Source: Candidatus Buchananbacteria bacterium RIFCSPLOWO2_01_FULL_39_33
GTDB lineage: Bacteria > Patescibacteriota > Patescibacteriia > 2-01-FULL-39-33
Length of the DNA stretch: 64,000 nucleotides
NCBI GenBank assembly: GCA_001817505.1
Contig: MHIM01000004.1
Coordinates: 6,953 to 70,952, forward strand
Reading direction: 5' to 3'
The notes under the pieces were generated by a model. It was not told where the DNA came from. It was given only the letters and a program-made list of their open reading frames with translations, and searched no databases. Below, piece after piece: positions 1 through 9,583 of the stretch. The position numbers and the translations under genes are program-made. The stretch's first letter is position 1. Every line of letters starts with the position of its first letter.

Positions 1-79
1 GACTTTCTTGTCGAGCGTAGTGATCGCCATTGTTTTTTCTCCTGGTGTTGGTTGTTGGTTTTTTGATTGGAGATGAAAA

Positions 80-811
80 TTACATCAAATCAGTCACATC
101 AACTGACGGCTCAAACGGTTCAAGCAGGAACAAACCGCCAGAACCCTTGGCTTCGCCTTTCCTGGCATCCAAAAAAACCAGCCAGTGTCCGCCATCTTTT
201 TCTTTTGAAGTCACAAAATACATCAGGTCACCGGAATTAACACAACTATCTTCACCTTCAACTTCGGCATTAAAGGCACCAATATCAACCACTTCCCAGA
301 TCACACCTGGAGTAAGATTTTTGGGCAAAGAGTAGGGTACCGGATTGGTTTGACCATTTTCTTTGAATACTCTGGCCGGTCCAGGCGACTCATCGCTGCC
401 CTTATAAAAAGAAAGTAAGCTTGGTGTATAAATTTTTTCGCCTTTCAACCAAATTGGCTGGCCAGCTTCTTGATCGGGAATTTTAAAAATCCAAATGTCA
501 CCGGCCAAAGCTAAGGCCTTAGAAATTACACCAGTTCTGCTCCAAGGTTCACTGGACTGATGTTTAAACATTTCATTTAAAGTAATTGAGGCCCTAATAG
601 CTCTTTCCGGTTCGCCGATTAGAGTCATCGTTTGATCGGGTAAGGCCTGACATAATTGCGTCTTTTTATCCAAAGATGGAGTTTCAACCAACACACTGCT
701 TTGAGCAATATTAGCATCCCGGTTAATAACAGGAAAATTTCTAAATTTAAAAAACCAAATCAAACCCGCTACCCCCAATAAAATAATCAGAACTCCTAAG
801 GCAATATCCAT
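80..811 (-). CDS. hypothetical N-terminally membrane-anchored protein
   Basis: Complete 243-aa ORF with an N-terminal hydrophobic helix (LGVLIILLGVAGLIWFF). No family motif recognised. Confidence 0.4.
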   Translation of the reverse strand: MDIALGVLIILLGVAGLIWFFKFRNFPVINRDANIAQSSVLVETPSLDKKTQLCQALPDQTMTLIGEPERAIRASITLNEMFKHQSSEPWSRTGVISKALALAGDIWIFKIPDQEAGQPIWLKGEKIYTPSLLSFYKGSDESPGPARVFKENGQTNPVPYSLPKNLTPGVIWEVVDIGAFNAEVEGEDSCVNSGDLMYFVTSKEKDGGHWLVFLDARKGEAKGSGGLFLLEPFEPSVDVTDLM

Positions 812-843
812 ATTATCCCTTTCTCCTTTCTGAAAGCGTGGTT

Positions 844-2676
844 TTAATAGCCATAACCGTCACTGCCACTGGAACTGCTGCCATAACCATCACCATCACT
901 GGAACTGCTGGAACTTCCGCCATAGCCGTAGCTATCACTGGAACTAATAGAATTACTTGAATCGCTAAAGCTATTATTATTATTCCAACCGCTGTCATTA
1001 GAGCTGTTTAAACTACCAGAATCAAAAGTATTGCTAAAATCATTGGCTGAGTTTTGACTCTCTTGATGGGTTCGATAAGCCCGAAGAGCCCTGTTGCCAG
1101 TGCCATCAGCTAAATTAATAGCTTCTTCAGCTTTTTGAGTGGCCAATTGGTATTCTTGGTTGTTAGCCAAGAAGCGAGCTGAAGACAAACAATCATTAGC
1201 TGAGTCAAAATCTGACTTAGCACTGGGAGAATAATCGCCATAATCGGTAATGTTGCTTTCTTCATCACTAACAGCATTTTCAGCTTGGCGTTCAATGTCG
1301 GGCCAATTTAAGCGATAACTTTCCAAACTTTCAGCTAATTGAACCAGGGCCAAAATCAAGCTCTGACCTTGATCCAAAAATTGAAGGCCGCTTTGCATTT
1401 CAATGATAGCCGTTTCGTAGGCCTGGTCTATTGAAATCAAATATTCAGCTTTAGCCAAATAATCCTTAGCTTGATAATAATTTTGATTAGCCATAGAGGC
1501 ATTATTAGCCACCGCAGACCAAGTGTTTTGGGCATGGTTATGAAGCTTGTTTTGATAGGATTTTGAATTGCTGATTCTTTTTTCCAAATCAGCAATGATC
1601 AAACGTAATCCTCCTAGACCCTTAGTTGCCTCAGTAAATAAAGCGACTTGGCAATTGGCTTCTTGGATTGCTTTGTCAGCCAAGTCCAGCGCTTTTAGGG
1701 CATCACCGTAAGCCAAGGGAAAATCATATTTATTTTCCGCCGTTAACCTTCCTAAAACGACTGACGCTTCGGCCAGTATTTTTTCCGCTTGAACGATGCT
1801 TTTAAAAGCCGTTTTAAGGGACTTGGCTGGTTTAAATGGACCTTTAGCCACTAAACCATTAAGATAATCAGAAGCAATAGCAATTTTTTGTTGCGAGGAA
1901 TCAATGGTAACGCCGGCTTTGTCCGTCGCTGCACGATAAAAATTAAAATTCTTCATAACTTCATCAACAGCCGATTCAACCGCAGTTAAATTTTCCTTGG
2001 CCGTTTTCAACAATTCCATAGCAGTACTAGGATCACCCAAGCGCTCCAAATTGCTCTCAACCGGCAGAAGATTGGAAGCGTCTTGGCACTCCATTACAAT
2101 TTCAGCCAAGTCATTTTTGGCTTGAATTAATATTTTTTCGTTAAACGCGGTATATTTAGAAAGGTAATCAGGTCCTTCATTAGTTAAGCGTTTTTCGGCT
2201 AAGGCCTGATAAGAAATTGCATCAGGTATAAGCACTTTAACTTGAGCCAATTCTTGGCGGGCATCGGCAGTCATTTTTTCAAAAGCTACCAATTGGTTTT
2301 GCGCTTGAACCAGATCATCAGAAACTGTTTTAATCAAGTCCTTAGCTTTATCAGCATGGGCCCGTTTTTCTTTTGAACTGCCGGCATTTTCTGCCGCCTT
2401 GATTTCACTTTCGGCCTGAACGGATTTCTCCTGGCAAGAGGAAAGTAAAACAGTAATCGGCAAAGTATATTCTTGCTTATACCAATTAAGCGTGACTTGG
2501 AAATTGGAATTGAATTGCTTCAATTCCTTAACTTCGCTGGCTACCAACTGCTTAGCAACGATCAGCGACTTTTCAGCTCTTCGCCCCGGCGAAGAAAAAA
2601 TAAGCCAGCTACCAAAGATTACAGCCGTTATTGAGATGACCGCTAAAACCTTGCTATTGACCTTAAATTTTTCCAT
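844..2676 (-). CDS. membrane-anchored long alpha-helical/coiled-coil protein with Ser/Gly/Tyr-rich low-complexity C-terminal tail
   Basis: 610-aa ORF. N-terminal TM segment, a long region rich in A/E/K/Q/L, and a C-terminus of SSNDSG..SYGYGGSSSSSSDGDGYGSSSSGSDGYGY. Confidence 0.5.
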   Translation of the reverse strand: MEKFKVNSKVLAVISITAVIFGSWLIFSSPGRRAEKSLIVAKQLVASEVKELKQFNSNFQVTLNWYKQEYTLPITVLLSSCQEKSVQAESEIKAAENAGSSKEKRAHADKAKDLIKTVSDDLVQAQNQLVAFEKMTADARQELAQVKVLIPDAISYQALAEKRLTNEGPDYLSKYTAFNEKILIQAKNDLAEIVMECQDASNLLPVESNLERLGDPSTAMELLKTAKENLTAVESAVDEVMKNFNFYRAATDKAGVTIDSSQQKIAIASDYLNGLVAKGPFKPAKSLKTAFKSIVQAEKILAEASVVLGRLTAENKYDFPLAYGDALKALDLADKAIQEANCQVALFTEATKGLGGLRLIIADLEKRISNSKSYQNKLHNHAQNTWSAVANNASMANQNYYQAKDYLAKAEYLISIDQAYETAIIEMQSGLQFLDQGQSLILALVQLAESLESYRLNWPDIERQAENAVSDEESNITDYGDYSPSAKSDFDSANDCLSSARFLANNQEYQLATQKAEEAINLADGTGNRALRAYRTHQESQNSANDFSNTFDSGSLNSSNDSGWNNNNSFSDSSNSISSSDSYGYGGSSSSSSDGDGYGSSSSGSDGYGY

Positions 2677-2936
2677 TCCCTGATCTCCTTCTGTTGTTTG
2701 TTTTTTTCTGTTTTAATTGTCAATGGACGTTGCAAATGCCTACATTTCCAATGGAAAATAGGACACTTCATATTATAACAAAATTCTGTAAAAGTCAATC
2801 TTTTTGATTTGAGGTTTTAATAAAATAAAAAAACTCCCTGAAAGGAGTTTTGCAATCTTCACAAATCGCCAACGGCAACTTGGCGATTTGTTTCGTCCTG
2901 GGTGGCCGCCAATCCTCCCGCTTTGTCGTATAATCT

Positions 2937-3013
2937 TGGTGCGCCCAGCAGGACTCGAACCTGCGACCATCAGCTTAAAAGGCTGTTGCTCTACCGACTG
3001 AGCTATAAGCGCA
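2937..3013 (-). tRNA. tRNA-Lys (anticodon UUU), CCA encoded
   Basis: Reverse complement reads tgcgcttatagctcagtcggtagagcaacagccttttaagctgatggtcgcaggttcgagtcctgctgggcgcacca. It forms a cloverleaf with anticodon loop cTTTTaa and a GTTCGAGTC T-loop. Confidence 0.85.
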
Positions 3014-3065
3014 TATATTACTTTCTTAATTGTAACTTGATTTAAATTGTTTTTATCCGACTGGG

Positions 3066-3084
3066 CCCTGCCTGCGCAGGCAAG
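3066..3084. repeat. GC-rich palindrome ccctgcctgcgcaggcaag (member of the CCTGCCTGC..GCAGGCAGG family)
   Basis: Imperfect inverted repeat seen directly, just upstream of tRNA-Lys. Related copies lie at 22184..22205 and 61452..61473. Confidence 0.5.
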
Positions 3085-3229
3085 TATAGGCGCCTGTTTT
3101 ATTCTAACTTTAATTGCTGAATTATTTTATAACATTTGCCGAAATTATAACACATAAAATTATTTTTGACAATTATTTTTGACAATAATTAAAGCTTATG
3201 CCAAAGCATAAGCTTTATATCTCACTTTA

Positions 3230-3466
3230 CTACTTGGGATAAGTCCGTACAATTATATAACCACGTATAATTGCCATCAATATCACACCAGCAACACCAA
3301 ACATTAATTGAAAGATAGCTATAACTATCCCGAACAATAACAGGTCGTCATCTGAAATTTTTTCCGGATAAATTGAAAAACCAACTACCAAATATATCCA
3401 GGTGGGTATCAACACTGTCATTACAATTGACAAATAGACAATGAATTTCAGGGTTCTGTTTGACAT
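3230..3466 (-). CDS. small hypothetical membrane protein (two predicted TM helices)
   Basis: 78-aa ORF, strongly hydrophobic. Confidence 0.3.
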   Translation of the reverse strand: MSNRTLKFIVYLSIVMTVLIPTWIYLVVGFSIYPEKISDDDLLLFGIVIAIFQLMFGVAGVILMAIIRGYIIVRTYPK

Positions 3467-3656
3467 TATACCATCCTTTCTTCCTATACTTTCCTAAAAA
3501 AGGTCCTGCCAAAAGATTAGCAATTTACTAGTCATTTGTCAATAAGTTGGTAGCTCGCTAAGCAACTTATTTAGATAGAATAAAGTGTATAAAACCTGTG
3601 CTTGTTTTTAAAATAGTTATTAGTTAAAATGGACTAATAATTATCCTTTAATTCCT

Positions 3657-5057
3657 ATGCCTGATATCGTGTCTAATTCTTTGGCCAAGTTGCCGCCGCA
3701 AAATATTGAGGCGGAGCAATCGCTGATCGGCGCCATTTTAATTGATAAGGATGCCATCATCAAAATAGCTGATATGCTTTCTCCCAATGATTTTTATCGT
3801 GAAGCGCATGCCGCCTTATATGGAACTATTCTGGAATTATTTGAAAAGAAAGAAGCTATAGATATTTTAAGTTTAACTAGCCGGTTGGAAGAAAAAAAGA
3901 AACTGGAAGCCATTGGCGGCCGCAGTTATCTGGTAACCCTCACCAACCAAACGCCGTCAGCCGCCCACGTGGTTTCTTACGCCCAAATCATCCAAAAAAA
4001 AGCAACCTTAAGACGGTTGATTTCCGCCGCCAATAATATCCTGGAATTGGGTTACCATGAAGAAAAAGAAGTTAATGATATTTTGGACAAAGCCGAACAG
4101 TCGGTTTTTGCCGTTTCCCAGCAATTTTTAAAAGAAAAATTCATTCCTATTCAGGATGTTTTGTCGGCCGCTTTTGACAGAATTGATCAATTGCATCGGG
4201 AAAAAGGCAAATTAAGGGGCTTGCCGACCGGCTATTCTGACTTGGATAATCTTTTGGCTGGCTTTCAAAAATCGGATCTAATCGTCTTGGCCGCCCGGCC
4301 TTCGGTCGGCAAAACCTCACTAGCTTTAGATATCGCCAGGCACGTGGCTATCAAAGCCAAGAAATCAATCGGCATCTTTTCTTTGGAAATGTCCAAAGAA
4401 CAGCTGGTTGACCGCTTGATCTGCGCCCAAGCCGGAGTTGGCCTATGGAAAATGAGAACCGGCCGATTATCGGAAACAACCGATGACTTCCCAAAAATCG
4501 GTCAGGCCATGAGTGAACTTTCCGAAAGCCGTATTTATATTGATGATTTTGCCAATACTAATGTCATGGAACTGCGTACTAAAGCCCGGCGCCTGCAAAT
4601 GGAACACGGGCTGGATATGGTTATAATTGATTACTTGCAATTAATGGAAGGTAGCGGCCGCAAATCCAGCTTTGAAAATCGCGTCCAAGAAATTGCCGAG
4701 ATTTCCCGCGCTTTAAAAGGCCTAGCCAGGGAATTGGACATACCGGTTTTGGCCTTATCCCAGCTTTCTCGGGCCGTTGAACAAGCCAGTCCGGCCATAC
4801 CAAAATTATCGCATCTAAGAGAATCGGGCTCTATTGAACAGGATGCTGATGTGGTGATGTTCATTTATCGCAAAGCCGCCGACCGGAGTTTTGATATCAA
4901 CTCGCTGACTGAAGAGGAAAAAAATTCGGCTGAGATTTATATCGCCAAGCACCGCAATGGTCCGACCGGCCAAGTTAAACTGTATTTTCAAAGCGATTTA
5001 GTCAGTTTTAGGACATTAGAAACTAAACGTCAAGTGACTGAAAACCCGGAGATGTAG
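3657..5057 (+). CDS. dnaB: replicative DNA helicase DnaB
   Basis: N-terminal LPPQNIEAEQSLIGAIL, Walker A GKTSLAL, FSLEMS, and a RecA-like C-terminal domain. Length 466 aa. Confidence 0.9.
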   Translation: MPDIVSNSLAKLPPQNIEAEQSLIGAILIDKDAIIKIADMLSPNDFYREAHAALYGTILELFEKKEAIDILSLTSRLEEKKKLEAIGGRSYLVTLTNQTPSAAHVVSYAQIIQKKATLRRLISAANNILELGYHEEKEVNDILDKAEQSVFAVSQQFLKEKFIPIQDVLSAAFDRIDQLHREKGKLRGLPTGYSDLDNLLAGFQKSDLIVLAARPSVGKTSLALDIARHVAIKAKKSIGIFSLEMSKEQLVDRLICAQAGVGLWKMRTGRLSETTDDFPKIGQAMSELSESRIYIDDFANTNVMELRTKARRLQMEHGLDMVIIDYLQLMEGSGRKSSFENRVQEIAEISRALKGLARELDIPVLALSQLSRAVEQASPAIPKLSHLRESGSIEQDADVVMFIYRKAADRSFDINSLTEEEKNSAEIYIAKHRNGPTGQVKLYFQSDLVSFRTLETKRQVTENPEM

Positions 5058-5242
5058 ATAACAAAGCTAACAATTAACAAATTCTAAATATTAATATCGA
5101 AATATTGAACAAATCATAAATTAGAAACTCTAAATATTTTTAAAATTTAAGATTTGAAATTTGTTTCTAATTTGAGATTTCGAATTTAAGATTTATATTA
5201 TTAATTATTATTTTTTTATTTTATTATTTATTATTAACATTT

Positions 5243-5527
5243 ATGTTCAACAAACTTAAGCAGATACAAGAATTAAAATCCCAGGCCAACCAAATAAAAA
5301 AAGCCCTTTCAGCAGAAACAGTTGAAGGTTCTGGCGGCTGGGGCAAAATCAAAATAACCATGGACGGTAATCAGGAAATTAAAAAAGTTGAAATAAACGA
5401 TGAGCTTTTAAAAGATAAAGTTAAATTGGAAAGCGCTGTTTTGGAAGCGGCCAATGACGCCATCAAAAAGGTTCAAAGGGTGATGGCGCAGAAAATGTCG
5501 CAGTTTGGCGGTTTGTCTGGATTATAA
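5243..5527 (+). CDS. ybaB: YbaB/EbfC nucleoid-associated protein
   Basis: 94 aa with the typical YbaB pattern (GSGGWGKIKITMDGNQEI...) and a C-terminal MSQFGGLSGL. Confidence 0.85.
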   Translation: MFNKLKQIQELKSQANQIKKALSAETVEGSGGWGKIKITMDGNQEIKKVEINDELLKDKVKLESAVLEAANDAIKKVQRVMAQKMSQFGGLSGL

Positions 5528-5534
5528 AAATGAA

Positions 5535-6165
5535 AAGAGCCCCCACCTACTTATTGTTCGGTGAGGGCTGGACGCCGCCGACGGGTGTTACCCGAAGCGA
5601 CATCGGGCTTTTAGGAAGGAGTGCCGGCAGATGAAAGCCGGGAGCGGGCAGGAGAAGCGAGAAATTCATATCCCGTCCCCTGTATGTTACAGAATCAAGC
5701 GAGCCGATTGCCACTTGTTCATCTGCATGCTTGCAGCAGATCGGTTATGTCCGACGCTCAATTCCTGGCCTACTGGCTTGATACACAGACCAAACCAGAT
5801 TCCCGCCCAGCGAACTGTTCAGCCCGCCGGCACTCCAAGCTCCAAAGGAACTGGCACACTACAGTAGTGTGCCACGACCGCGAAAATTAAAATTTCGCAT
5901 ACCTGGGATTACCTCCCGGTTGGTCGCCGCCACATTAATTACAGATCAGCGGCGAGGACTGCGGTTTCAATAGCCCACCAGAGCAAAGCACCAGGCACCG
6001 GGGCGAGAGGCACCAGGCACTTAAGGAGAGAACTACACATACCCGACTGGATATTTCATCCGCACGGGTACCTCCTTTCTTTTCCCTGTTCAACTTAATA
6101 TGTATGTTCGGAGGTTGATCTTTCGCAACCTCTCTGTGAGACATTATATCACACCCATGTTTTTT
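5535..6165. ncRNA. GC-rich non-coding island, candidate structured RNA of undetermined class
   Basis: About 630 nt, far GC-richer than the flanks and full of local hairpins (e.g. cccgaagcgacatcggg). It carries only Arg-rich junk ORFs in several frames and lies between ybaB and recR. Confidence 0.3.
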
Positions 6166-6229
6166 TGTCAATGCCACTTTGTTAAAAACTATCAAAAATG
6201 ACTAAAATTAGATAAAAATTAGATAAAAA

Positions 6230-6829
6230 ATGAAATATCCTTTAATAATTCAAAACCTAATAGACCAATTTTCCAAATTACCAAGCGTCGGACCTAAAAG
6301 CGCCGAGCGTTTGGTCTTTCATCTGCTTTATCAGCCGCAAAGTGAGTTGCATGAATTTAGTCACGCTATAGACCATTTGAAAAGCAGCATTAAACAATGC
6401 CGGCTATGTTTTAATTTTTCCGAAAGTGATCCCTGCTACATCTGTAATAACAGCCAAAGGGATAAAACCCTGATCTGTGTGGTCGCTAAACCTCAAGATA
6501 TGGCCATCATAGAAAAAACCGGGTCATTTAACGGTACTTATCATATACTTGGCGGCAATATCAACCCTTTGGAAAACATCTCTCCGCACAATATAAAAAT
6601 AAAAGAACTGCTGTTGAGAATAAAAAACGACAGTATTAAAGAAATTATTTTAGCCCTCAATCCCGATATGAACGGTGAAACCACCTCGCTTTATCTCTTA
6701 AAGCTAATAAAACAATTCCCCAAGATTAAAATTACCCGGTTGGCCAGGGGTTTGCCAATGGGCGCCGATTTGGAATACGCCGATGAAGTGACCTTGGAAA
6801 ACGCGCTTAAAGATAGGAAAGAGTTATAA
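6230..6829 (+). CDS. recR: recombination protein RecR
   Basis: LPSVGPKSAERLVFHLL helix-hairpin-helix, a C4 zinc finger CRLCFNFSESDPCYIC, and a Toprim region. Confidence 0.9.
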   Translation: MKYPLIIQNLIDQFSKLPSVGPKSAERLVFHLLYQPQSELHEFSHAIDHLKSSIKQCRLCFNFSESDPCYICNNSQRDKTLICVVAKPQDMAIIEKTGSFNGTYHILGGNINPLENISPHNIKIKELLLRIKNDSIKEIILALNPDMNGETTSLYLLKLIKQFPKIKITRLARGLPMGADLEYADEVTLENALKDRKEL

Positions 6830-6857
6830 AAAAAATCCGCTGTTATAGCGGATTTTT

Positions 6858-7160
6858 TTAGATCTTGATAATTTCTATTTCATTGAATTCCTGGCGATGG
6901 CCGAATTTTTTAGCTTGCCTGGTCTTAGGTTTATATTTGACGCCCCGAACTTTATCGCTCCGATCCAATCTTAAAATAGTGCCCTCAACTTTATCAGCTA
7001 AAGTCGGCAGGCCGATTTCTACCTTCTCACCGTCAGCAATAAGCAAGGTGTCAAATTTTACTTTTTGGCCGACTGCGATGTTAAGCTTCTCAACCTTAAT
7101 CTTATCTTTGGCTTTAACCACATATTGCTTGCCGCCGGTTTTAATAACTGCCATTTTCAT
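6858..7160 (-). CDS. rplU: 50S ribosomal protein L21 (bL21)
   Basis: MKMAVIKTGGKQYVVKAKDKIKVEKL... is a typical L21 N-terminus. Length 100 aa. Confidence 0.85.
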   Translation of the reverse strand: MKMAVIKTGGKQYVVKAKDKIKVEKLNIAVGQKVKFDTLLIADGEKVEIGLPTLADKVEGTILRLDRSDKVRGVKYKPKTRQAKKFGHRQEFNEIEIIKI

Positions 7161-7286
7161 AATTTCACTGGAAAATATAATTTAAAATAACCATTTCATC
7201 TTACCTTATTTTAACCTGATTGTCAAACGCCAGCCATCCCATTTTAACCTGACTCCCAAAAGAGAGAGATTTTCCTTAATAATAAA

Positions 7287-7766
7287 TTAAATATCAAAGT
7301 CAACCTTATCACCCACTCTAATCCCATACTTTTCCACCAAACCGGCATTGATTTCTAAGACATAATTAACAAAGGCCCTGGGTTGATAAATCGGCAGATC
7401 GACCTCACCGGCAACTGGGTTGAGATTTTTTTCATAGCCCACCACCATGTCGTCTTTGATCCAAATAATATCAATGGGAAATTTCATATCTTTCATCCAG
7501 AAAGTGGGAATCAGAGACCTTTCATAAACAAATAACAAGCCATTTTTTTCTGGTAATTTTTTTCTCTGGCTTAGGCCAATAGTTTTTTCCTTGGCAGTTT
7601 TAGCTAATTCAATATTGAACTTTTGTTCGGCTATAACAACTGCCCGCTGATTGGCTGACTGGAAAAAATAATTAATCAAAAAAGATAAGACCAGCGTTAA
7701 AATGATTAATAAAAATATGATTGTAAGCCGGCTTGATAATTTTGGGTTTTTAGGTTTTGGAAACAT
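7287..7766 (-). CDS. DUF192 (COG1430) family protein, membrane-anchored
   Basis: N-terminal TM helix. The MKDMKFPIDIIWIKDDMVV and PVAGEV motifs are characteristic of DUF192. Confidence 0.5.
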   Translation of the reverse strand: MFPKPKNPKLSSRLTIIFLLIILTLVLSFLINYFFQSANQRAVVIAEQKFNIELAKTAKEKTIGLSQRKKLPEKNGLLFVYERSLIPTFWMKDMKFPIDIIWIKDDMVVGYEKNLNPVAGEVDLPIYQPRAFVNYVLEINAGLVEKYGIRVGDKVDFDI

Positions 7767-8817
7767 CTTGAGAGGATTTTTTATAAACTACCAAAATAAT
7801 TACCGACATCAGCGCTATTAGCGCTATCAAGCCGATTAATTTGCCCAAGCTGCCACTAACCACGGCCACTAAGCCAAAAATAATAGCCAATAAATAAAGA
7901 AATAGGACGGCCTCCCGATGCTTGAAACCAGCCATCAGTAACCTGAAATGAAGATGTTTTTTATCAGCGTGGGAAAAGGGTGATTCCCGCTTGATTATTC
8001 GACTAGCCATCACCAGTAAAACATCCAAAGCAGGAATGCCGACCACTAAAAGAGTAGTAGCTATTTTAGACCCTGATATTATGGATAAAACGCCAAGCAT
8101 AAAACCCATAAAAAGACTGCCGCTTTCGCCTAAAAATATCTTAGCCGGATGCCAATTAAAAAACAAAAAACCGCTTGAGGCCCCCAAAAGCAACAAGGCC
8201 CAGATACCAGTGGCCGACAAATATAAATCCCAATCCAAACTCAATGCAAAGATCATGATGGCCGCAATAGCGGTAATACCAGCCACTAAGCCGTCCAAGC
8301 CGTCTAAGAGTTTGGTAGTGTAGATAATAGCCATCAGCCAAATAAATGAGAGCGCGCCGCCTAAAACCGGAGCCAGATAGATAATGGCATTTTCAGAAGT
8401 GCCCAAAGGATTGGTAATATAAGAAATTCTGATGCCGGCTAAAACTGTCAGACCGCTGGCTAATAATGGCCAAATTATTTGTTGCCAAGGCAAAAGGCGA
8501 TATTTATCATCAAGCGTGCCGCCAATCATAATCAGTAAACCAGCTAAAAATACAACTGCTATGAATTGATCGGAAATTTTAGAAAAATCAGCCAAGTTAT
8601 ACCAGCGGAAAATAATCAAGGGAACAAAAACTGATAAAAAAACAGCCCAGCCGCCCAAAAGCGCCACGTCTTTTTTATGAATTTTCCTATCAGCCGAAGC
8701 CGGCTGGTCTAAAATCCTAAAATGAAAAGAAATTTTAATCATTAGCGGGGCCAGCGCCAAAGACATCAGTAGACTGATTGTCAGAGCTAAAAAATAAATT
8801 GGATTGATAATGGCCAT
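7750..8817 (-). CDS. glycosyltransferase family 4 polyprenyl-phosphate sugar-1-phosphate transferase (WecA/TagO/MraY-like)
   Basis: Polytopic membrane protein with DDKYRL, LDGLDGLVAG and a C-terminal HLHFRLLMAGFKHREAV motif resembling WecA/TagO. Confidence 0.7.
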   Translation of the reverse strand: MAIINPIYFLALTISLLMSLALAPLMIKISFHFRILDQPASADRKIHKKDVALLGGWAVFLSVFVPLIIFRWYNLADFSKISDQFIAVVFLAGLLIMIGGTLDDKYRLLPWQQIIWPLLASGLTVLAGIRISYITNPLGTSENAIIYLAPVLGGALSFIWLMAIIYTTKLLDGLDGLVAGITAIAAIMIFALSLDWDLYLSATGIWALLLLGASSGFLFFNWHPAKIFLGESGSLFMGFMLGVLSIISGSKIATTLLVVGIPALDVLLVMASRIIKRESPFSHADKKHLHFRLLMAGFKHREAVLFLYLLAIIFGLVAVVSGSLGKLIGLIALIALMSVIILVVYKKSSQDVSKT

Positions 8818-8936
8818 AAGATAATTATAATGGAAGATAGCCGCTCTGTTAAGCCAGCAACCGAGTCGCTCTCAAATCTGAAAAAAATTTTACTTAACCT
8901 AATTAAGCCCAACAAGCTAAATAAAAAATTCCAACA

Positions 8937-9359
8937 TCATCTGTTGGAATTTTCAAATATCAGATTTTTGCTTAATTTCCTGCGTATTTTTATACCCCAG
9001 CGGCTAACAACAGCCACTTGTTCCCGGGATTTTAAATAAACTAAAAATTCAACATTCCTTTTGGCGGCCCGACGCCTCAATGATAATATAAAAATCAGAA
9101 AATAAGTGCCTAAGGAATTCCAACTATCAGCAGCCTGTAAATTACGGCAATCCAATATCAAATGTTTAATGTCTCTTAGCCAAACTTTTTCCAACTTATT
9201 TTTAACAGTTGATAAGCCGACTGTCCAGTCCAGGGTCCCGCTGATAACCGCCAGACAGTCCTTATTCTCAAACAAAATTTCCACTCGCAAATCATTATCC
9301 TTGGGTTTTCTGGGCAGGAACACAGCAGGCCTCCTTTCTTTATCATTTAAAAAGAACAA
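8937..9359 (-). CDS. hypothetical protein, possible STAS-domain (anti-sigma-factor antagonist-like)
   Basis: LAVISGTLDWTV...HLILDCRNLQAADSWNSLG loosely fits a SpoIIAA/STAS pattern. Competing plus-strand ORFs look spurious. Confidence 0.3.
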   Translation of the reverse strand: MFFLNDKERRPAVFLPRKPKDNDLRVEILFENKDCLAVISGTLDWTVGLSTVKNKLEKVWLRDIKHLILDCRNLQAADSWNSLGTYFLIFILSLRRRAAKRNVEFLVYLKSREQVAVVSRWGIKIRRKLSKNLIFENSNR

Positions 9360-9583
9360 TCTCTATTAGTATTATACAGAAAAAATAAAATTTTTCAAGT
9401 CCGGCTAAACCGACCCGCTTGGTTTATTACAAAATCTTCCTGGGTATTAAATAAATGTATAAAGCGCTGAATAAGCACAGTACAGCCATAATTATAAAAA
9501 GGACATTAAAGCCCAAAAAAGTCACTATAAATCCGCCTAAAAATGCTCCTGAATTGGTAAAAGTAAGATTCTTAAAGCCTGGT

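Noticed and set aside
813-998. 61-aa ORF overlapping the 3' end of the 610-aa gene
   Set aside because: An alternate frame of the low-complexity SGY-coding repeat, hence a translation artefact.
2773-2970. 65-aa ORF
   Set aside because: Overlaps the tRNA-Lys gene and a GC-rich hairpin, with no coding signal.
6055-6090. 16S rRNA 3'-end-like sequence (gggtACCTCCTTTCTtttcc)
   Set aside because: Only the anti-SD decamer matches and there is no flanking 16S sequence. Treated as part of the GC-rich island rather than an rRNA gene.
5621-6195. ORFs 5621..5890(+), 5631..5867(+) and 5935..6195(-)
   Set aside because: Overlapping Arg/Pro-rich translations in several frames within the GC-rich island, with no SD or recognisable fold. 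More likely non-coding structured RNA.
8830-9369. Plus-strand ORFs 8830..9039 and 9106..9369
   Set aside because: They overlap the minus-strand 140-aa STAS-like ORF, which has the more protein-like composition. The plus-strand frames are low-complexity.
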